Assembly: GCF_004010195.1 (NCBI RefSeq)
Contig: NC_057720.1
Span: forward strand, 18,758,286-18,798,541
Direction of reading: 5' to 3'
Source: Chiloscyllium plagiosum
Lineage: Eukaryota
Length of the DNA: 40,256 nt
Made by a program: the position numbers and the translations under genes. Positions 33,852 to 40,256 of the stretch are shown piece by piece (the first letter of the stretch is position 1; every line of letters starts with the position of its first letter). A model generated the notes under the pieces. That model worked only from the letters and a program-made list of their open reading frames with translations. It was not told the DNA's origin and made no database searches.

Positions 33852-36800
33852 TGCTCAGCCCGGGCTCACTCCCCTGGGGGACTCGATCAGTGCTCACTCT
33901 GTTCCGGTGGATTCGGCCAGTGCTCACTCTGTTCCGGGGAACTCTGTCTGTGCTGACACTGTTCCGGGGGACTCGGTCCGTGCTCACTCTGTTCCGGGGG
34001 ACTCGGTCCATGCTCACTCTGTTCCGGGGGACTCGGTCCATGCTCACTCCCACGGGGGACACGGCCAGTGCTAACTGCCCCGGAGGACTCGGCCCGTGCT
34101 CACTGTTCCGGGGGACTCGGCTCGTGCTCACTCTGTTAAGGGGAATCGCCCCGTGCTCACTCTGTTCCGGGGGACTCGGCCCGTGCTCACTCTGTTCCGG
34201 GGGACTCGGCCCGTGCTCACACTGGTTTGGGGGATTCGGCCAGTGCTCACTCCCCCATGGGACTCGACCAGTGCTCTCTATGTTCCAGGGGACTCGGCAT
34301 GTGCTTACTCCCCTGGGGGACTCGGCCTGTGCTCACTCCCCTGGGGGACTCGGCGGGTGCTCACTCCCCCGGGGGACTTGGCCCGCGCTCACTCTGTTCC
34401 GGGGAACTCTGTCTGTGCTCACTGAGTTCTGGGTGACACGGCCCGTGCTCACTCTATTCCGGGGGACTCGGTCCATGCTCGCTCCCTCAGCCCGTGCTCA
34501 CTCTGCTCTGGGGGACTCAGCCCGTGTTCACTCCCCCCGGGGGACTTGCTCCGTGCTCACTCTGTTCTGGGGAACTCGGCCAGTGCTCACTCCCCCGGGG
34601 TATTCGGCCCATGCTCACTCCCCCAGTGGGACTTGCTCCGTGCTCACTGTGTTCCAGGTGACTCGGTCCGTGCTCACTCACCTGGGGGACTCAGCCCGTG
34701 CTCACGCCCCCGAGGGACTCGGTCCGTGCTCACTCTGTTCCGGGGGACTCGGTCCGTGCTCACTCTGTTCCGGGGGACTCGGTCCATGCTCACTCCCCTG
34801 GGGGACTTGGCCCGTGCTCACGCCCCCGGGGGACTCGGTCCATGCTCACTCTGTTCAGGGGGACTCGGTCCATGCTCACTCTATTTCGGGGGACTCGGTC
34901 CATGCTCACTCTGTTCCGGGGAACTCGGCCTGTGCTCACTCCCCCGGGGGAGTCGGCCCGTTCACGCTCTGTTCCGGGGGACCCAGCCCGTGCTCACTCT
35001 GTTCCGGGGAACTCAGTCCATGCTCACTGAGTTCCGGGTGACACGGCCAGTGCTCACACTGTTCCGGGCGACTCGGCCCGTGCTCACTCTATTCCGGGGG
35101 ACTCGGTCCATGCTCGCTCCCTCAGGGGACTCAGCCCGTGCTCACTCTGCTCTGGGGGATTCGGTCCGTGCTCACCCTGTTCCGGGGGACTTGGCACGTG
35201 CTCACTCCCCCTGGGGACTCGGCCCATGCTCACTCCCCCTGGGGGACTCGGCCCGTGCTCACTCCCCTGGGGGACTTGCTCCATGCTCACTCTGTTCCGG
35301 GGGACCCGGCCCGTGCTCACCCCCCTGGGGGAGTCGGCCTGTTCTCGCTGTGTTCCGGGTGACTCGGCCAGTACTCACTCTGTTCCTTGTGACTCCCCCG
35401 GTTTGACTTGCTCCGTGCTCACTGTGTTCCGGGTGACTCGGTCCGTGCTCATTCCCCCGGGGGACTCCGCCAGTGCACTCTATGTTCCGGGGGACTCAGC
35501 CCATGCTCACTTCCTCGGGGGACTTGCTCCGTGCTCACTCTGTTCTGGGGAACTCAGCCCGTGCTCACTCCCACGGGGGACTTGGTCTGTGCTCACTCTG
35601 TTCCGGGGGACTCGGCCCGTGCTTACTCGCCCGGGGGACTCGGCCTGTGCTCACTCCCCTGGGGTCTTGGTCCATGCTCACTCTGTTCGCTCACTCCCCC
35701 GGGGGACTTGGTCTGTGCTCACTCTGTTCCGGGGGACTCGGCCAGTGCTTACTCTCCCGGGTAACTCGGCCCGTGCTCACTGTGTTCTGTGGGACTTGAC
35801 CAGTGCACACTCTGTTCCTTGTGACTCGGACCGTGCTCACTCCCCTGGGGGTCCCGACCCGTGCTCACTCCCCCGGGGGACTTGGTCTGTGCTCACTCTG
35901 TTCCGGGGGACTCGGCCAGTGCTTACTCTCCCGGGTAACTCGGCCCGTGCTCACTGTGTTCTGTGGGACTTGACCAGTGCACACTCTGTTCCTTGTGACT
36001 CGGACCGTGCTCACTCCCCTGGGGGTCCCGACCCGTGCTCACTCCCCCGGGGGACTTGGTCTGTGCTCACTCTGTTCCGGGGGACTCGGCCAGTGCTTAC
36101 TCTCCCGGGTAACTCGGCCCGTGCTCACTGTGTTCTGTGGGACTTGACCAGTGCACACTCTGTTCCTTGTGACTCGGACCGTGCTCACTCCCCTGGGGGT
36201 CCCGACCCGTGCTCACTCCCCCGGGGGAATCGGCCCGTGCTCACTCTGTTCCGGGGGACTCGGCCCGTGCTCACTCCCCTGGGGGACTTCCTCCGTCCTC
36301 ACTCTGTTCCGGGGGACTTGCTCCGTGCTCACTCTGTTCCGGAGGAACTCGGCCCATGCTCACTCTGTTCCGGGGGACTCGGCCCATGCTCACTCTGTTC
36401 CGGGGGCCTCGGCCCGTGCTCACTCTGTTCCGGGGGACTTGGTCTGTGCTCATTCTGTTCCGGGGGAACTCAGCCCGTGCTCACTCCCCCGGGGGACTTG
36501 GTCTGTGCTCACTCTGTTCCGGGGGACTCGGTCCGTGCTCACTCCCCCTTGGGGCTCGGCCAGTGCTCACTGCCCCAGGTGACCCGGCCCGTGCTCAGTC
36601 CCCTGGGGGAGTCGGCCCGTTCTCGCTCTGTTCCGGGGGACTCGGCCCATGCTCACTCCCCCGGGGAAAACGGCCAGTGCTCACTCTGTTCCGGGGGACT
36701 CGGCCAGTGCTTACTCTCCCGGGTAACTCGGCCCGTGCTCACTGTGTTCTGTGGGACTTGACCAGTGCACACTCTGTTCCTTGTGACTCGGACCGTGCTC

Positions 36801-39800
36801 ACTCCCCTGGGGGTCCCGACCCGTGCTCACTCCCCCGGGGGACTCGGCCCGTGCTCACTCTGTTCCGGGGGAATCGGCCCGTGCTCACTCTGTTCCGGGG
36901 GACTCGGCCCGTACTCACTCTGTTCCGGGGGACTCGGCCCGTGCTCACTTCCCGGGGGGACGACCCTTGCTCACTTCCCCGGGGGACTTGGCCCGTGCTC
37001 ACTCTGTTCCGGGGGAATCGGCCCGTGCTCACTCTGTTCCGGGGGACTCGGCCCGTGCTCACTCCCGTGGGGGACTCGGCTCGTGCTCACTCCCCCGGGG
37101 GACTTGCTCCCTGCTCACTGTGTTCCGGGGGACTCGGTCCGTGATCACTCCTCTGGAGGAGTTGGCCCGTTCTCGCTCTGTTCCGGGGGACTCGGCCCAT
37201 GCTCACTCCCCCGGGGGACTTGGTCTGTGTTCACTCTGTTCCGGGGGACTCGGTCCGTGCTCACTCCCCCTTGGGGCTTGGCCAGTGCTCACTGCCCCAG
37301 GGGACCTGGCCCGTGCTCACTCCTCTGGGGGAGTCGGCCCGTTCTCGCTCTGTTCCGGGGGACTCGGCCCATGCTCACTCCCCCGGGGAAAACGGCCAGT
37401 GCTCACTCTGTTCTGGGGGACTCGGCCCGTGCTCACTCCCCCGGGAGACTCGGCCCGTGCTCACTCCCCTGGAGGACACGGCCCGTGCTCACTCTGTTCC
37501 GGGGGATTCGGCCCGTGCTCACTCCCCTGTGGGGCTCAGCCTGTGCTCACTCCCCCGGGGGACTTGCTCCCTGCTCACTATGATCTGGGTGACTCGGCCC
37601 GTGCTTACTGCCTCGGGGGTCTCGGCCAGTGCTTACTCTCCCGGGTAACTTGGTCTGTGCTCACTGTGTTNNNNNNNNNNNNNNNNNNNNNNNNNNNNNN
37701 NNNNNNNNNNNNNNNNNNNNNNNNNNNNNNNNNNNNNNNNNNNNNNNNNNNNNNNNNNNNNNNNNNNNNNNNNNNNNNNNNNNNNNNNNNNNNNNNNNNN
37801 NNNNNNNNNNNNNNNNNNNNNNNNNNNNNNNNNNNNNNNNNNNNNNNNNNNNNNNNNNNNNNNNNNNNNNNNNNNNNNNNNNNNNNNNNNNNNNNNNNNN
37901 NNNNNNNNNNNNNNNNNNNNNNNGCTCACTCCCCCGGGGGATTCGGCCCGTGCTCACTCTGTTCCGGGGGACTCGGTCCTTGCTCACTTCCCTAGGGGAC
38001 TCGGCCCGTGCTCACTTCCCGGGGGACTTGGTCTGTGTTCACTCTGTTCCGGGGGACTCGGTCCGTGCTCACTGCCCCCTGAGGCTCGGCCAGTGCTCAC
38101 TGCCCCAGGGGGCCCGGCCTGTGCTCAGTCCCCTGGGGGAGTCGGCCCGTTCTCGCTCTGTCCCGGGAGACTCGGCCGATGCTCTCTCCCCCGGGGAAAA
38201 CGGCCAGTGCTCACTCTGTTCTGGGGGACTCGGCCCGTGCTCACTCCCCTGGGGGACTCGGCCCGTGCTCACTCTGTTCCGGGGGATTCGGCCCGTGCTC
38301 ATTCCCCTGTGGGACTCGGCCCGTGGTCACTCCCCCGGGGGACATGTTCCCTGCTCACTATGATCCGGGGGACTCGGCCAGTGCTCACTCCCTCGGGGGT
38401 CCCGACCCGTGTTCACTCCCCCGGGGGATTCGGCCCGTGCTCACTCTGTTCCGGGGGACTCGGTCCTTGCGCACTCCCCTAGGGGACTCGGCCCGTGCTC
38501 ACTTCCCGGGGGGACGANNNNNNNNNNNNNNNNNNNNNNNNNNNNNNNNNNNNNNNNNNNNNNNNNNNNNNNNNNNNNNNNNNNNNNNNNNNNNNNNNNN
38601 NNNNNNNNNNNNNNNNNNNNNNNNNNNNNNNNNNNNNNNNNNNNNNNNNNNNNNNNNNNNNNNNNNNNNNNNNNNNNNNNNNNNNNNNNNNNNNNNNNNN
38701 NNNNNNNNNNNNNNNNNNNNNNNNNNNNNNNNNNNNNNNNNNNNNNNNNNNNNNNNNNNNNNNNNNNNNNNNNNNNNNNNNNNNNNNNNNNNNNNNNNNN
38801 NNNNNNNNNNNNNNNNNNNNNNNNNNNNNNNNNNNNNNNNNNNNNNNNNNNNNNNNNNNNNNNNNNNNNNNNNNNNNNNNNNNNNNNNNNNNNNNNNNNN
38901 NNNNNNNNNNNNNNNNNNNNNNNNNNNNNNNNNNNNNNNNNNNNNNNNNNNNNNNNNNNNNNNNNNNNNNNNNNNNNNNNNNNNNNNNNNNNNNNNNNNN
39001 NNNNNNNNNNNNNNNNNGGACCCGGCCAATGCTCACTCCCCCGGGGGACCCGGCCCGTGCTCACTCTCCTGGGGGACTCGGCCCGTGCTCACTCCCCCTG
39101 GGGGACTTGGCCTGTTCTCGCTCTGTCCCGCGGGACTCGGTCCGTGCTCACTCTGTTCCCGGGGACTCGGTCCGTGCTCACTCCCGCGGGTGACTCTGCC
39201 CGTGCTCACTTTGTTTCGTGGGATTCGGCCCGTGCTCACTCTGTTCTGGGGGACTCGGCCCGTGCTCACTCTGTTCCGGGGGACTCGGCCCGTGCTCACT
39301 CTGTTCCAGGTGACTCTGTCCGTGCTCACTCCCCCGGGGGACTCGGCCTGTGCTCACTCTGTTCCGGGGAAAACTGTCCGTGCTCACTGAGTTCCGGGTG
39401 ACTCGGCCCGTGCTCACTCTGTTCCGGGGGACGGCCCATGCTCACTCTGTTCCGGGTGACGGCCAGTGCTCACTCTGTTCCTTGTGACTCGGTCCATGCT
39501 CACTTCCCTGGGGGACTCGGCTCGTGCTCACTTCCCCGGGGGACTTGCTCCGTGCTCACTCTGTTCTGGGGAACTCAGCCCGTGCTCACTCTGTTCCGGG
39601 GGACTCGGTCCGTGCTCACTCTGTTCCGGGGAAATTGGCCCGAGCTCACTCCCCCGGCAGACTCGGCCCGTGCTCACTCTGTTCCGGGGGACTTGGCCCG
39701 TGCTCGCTCCCCCGGGGACTCGGCCAGTGCTCACTCCCCCCGGGGACTCGGCCAGTGCTCACTCCCCCGGGGAACTCGGGCAGTGCTCACTCCCCTGGGG

Positions 39801-40256
39801 GACTTGGCCCGTGCTCACTCCCCTGGGGGACTCGACCCGTGCTCACTCTGTTCCAGGTGACTGTCCGTGCTCACTCCCCCGGGGGACTCGGCCTGCGCTC
39901 ACTCCCCCCGGGGGAACCAGCCCGTGCTCACTCCCCTGGGGGACTCGGCCCGTTCTCGCTCTGTTCCGGGGGACTCGGCCGGTGCTCTTTTCCCTGGGGG
40001 ACTCGGCCAGTGCTCACGCCCCAGGGGGGACTCGGTCTGTGCTCACTCTGTTCCGGGCGTCACGGTCCGTGCTCACTCCCCCGGGGAACTCGGTCTGTGC
40101 TCACTCTGTTCCGGGGGACACGGCCCGTGCTCACTCTGTTCCTTGTGACTCGGTCCGTGCTCACTCCCCTGGGAGACCCGACCCGTGCTCAGTCTCCCGG
40201 GGGACTTGGCCAGTGCTCACTCTGTTCCAGGCGACTCGGTCCGTGCTCACTCCCCC
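33852..40256 (+). repeat. GC/CpG-rich 28-30 bp minisatellite, main block (runs off the window; gaps 37671-37923 and 38518-39017)
   Basis: Two interspersed monomer types: GTGCTCACTCTGTTCCGGGGGACTCGGCCC (30) and GTGCTCACTCCCCCGGGGGACTCGGCCC (28). Confidence 0.98.
35689..36228 (+). repeat. 174-bp higher-order repeat (6 monomers) x3
   Basis: CTTGGTCTGTG recurs at 35707, 35881 and 36055. The ORF track shows an identical 58-aa unit three times. Confidence 0.92.

Noticed and set aside
33316..40148. Long ORFs up to 511 aa with repeating CSLCSGGLGP / VLTLFRGTRP / AHSVPGDSAR
   Set aside because: The monomer lacks stop codons on this strand, all three frames are open, and they interconvert at 28/29-bp units. 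This is a minisatellite artefact, not a keratin-associated or zinc-finger protein.
33362..40256. CRISPR-like ~30-bp periodicity
   Set aside because: The units are contiguous with no unique spacers, there are no cas genes, and the context is vertebrate.

Overview
Repeat-dense, apparently gene-free vertebrate DNA, almost certainly from a cartilaginous fish (shark). It carries about 10 HE1 (V-SINE) copies, HER1/CR1 LINEs, DeuSINE (SacSINE1-like) copies, Rex1/Babar, RTE and L1/Tx1 fragments, and many Penelope-like (PLE, GIY-YIG) pieces. It also holds a decayed PIF/Harbinger Myb/SANT gene. The last ~7 kb is a GC/CpG-rich 28-30 bp minisatellite. No intact host protein-coding gene could be supported: all interpretable ORFs are transposon relics or by-products of repeats and N gaps. 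Four things stand out. (1) PLE terminal repeats encode minimal hammerhead-ribozyme cores (CUGANGA-A-stem II-GAAACGUH), arranged back-to-back on opposite strands (1-93) and in tandem (4536-4644). (2) Short non-coding PLE-end units, some palindromic, carry their own 13-15 bp TSDs. (3) There are multi-layer nested insertions. (4) The minisatellite shows a fold-back polarity switch at ~33851 and nested higher-order repeats (174 bp x3, ~600-800 bp). Family names come from recalled consensus motifs, not database searches, and most element boundaries are approximate (about +/-10-30 bp).
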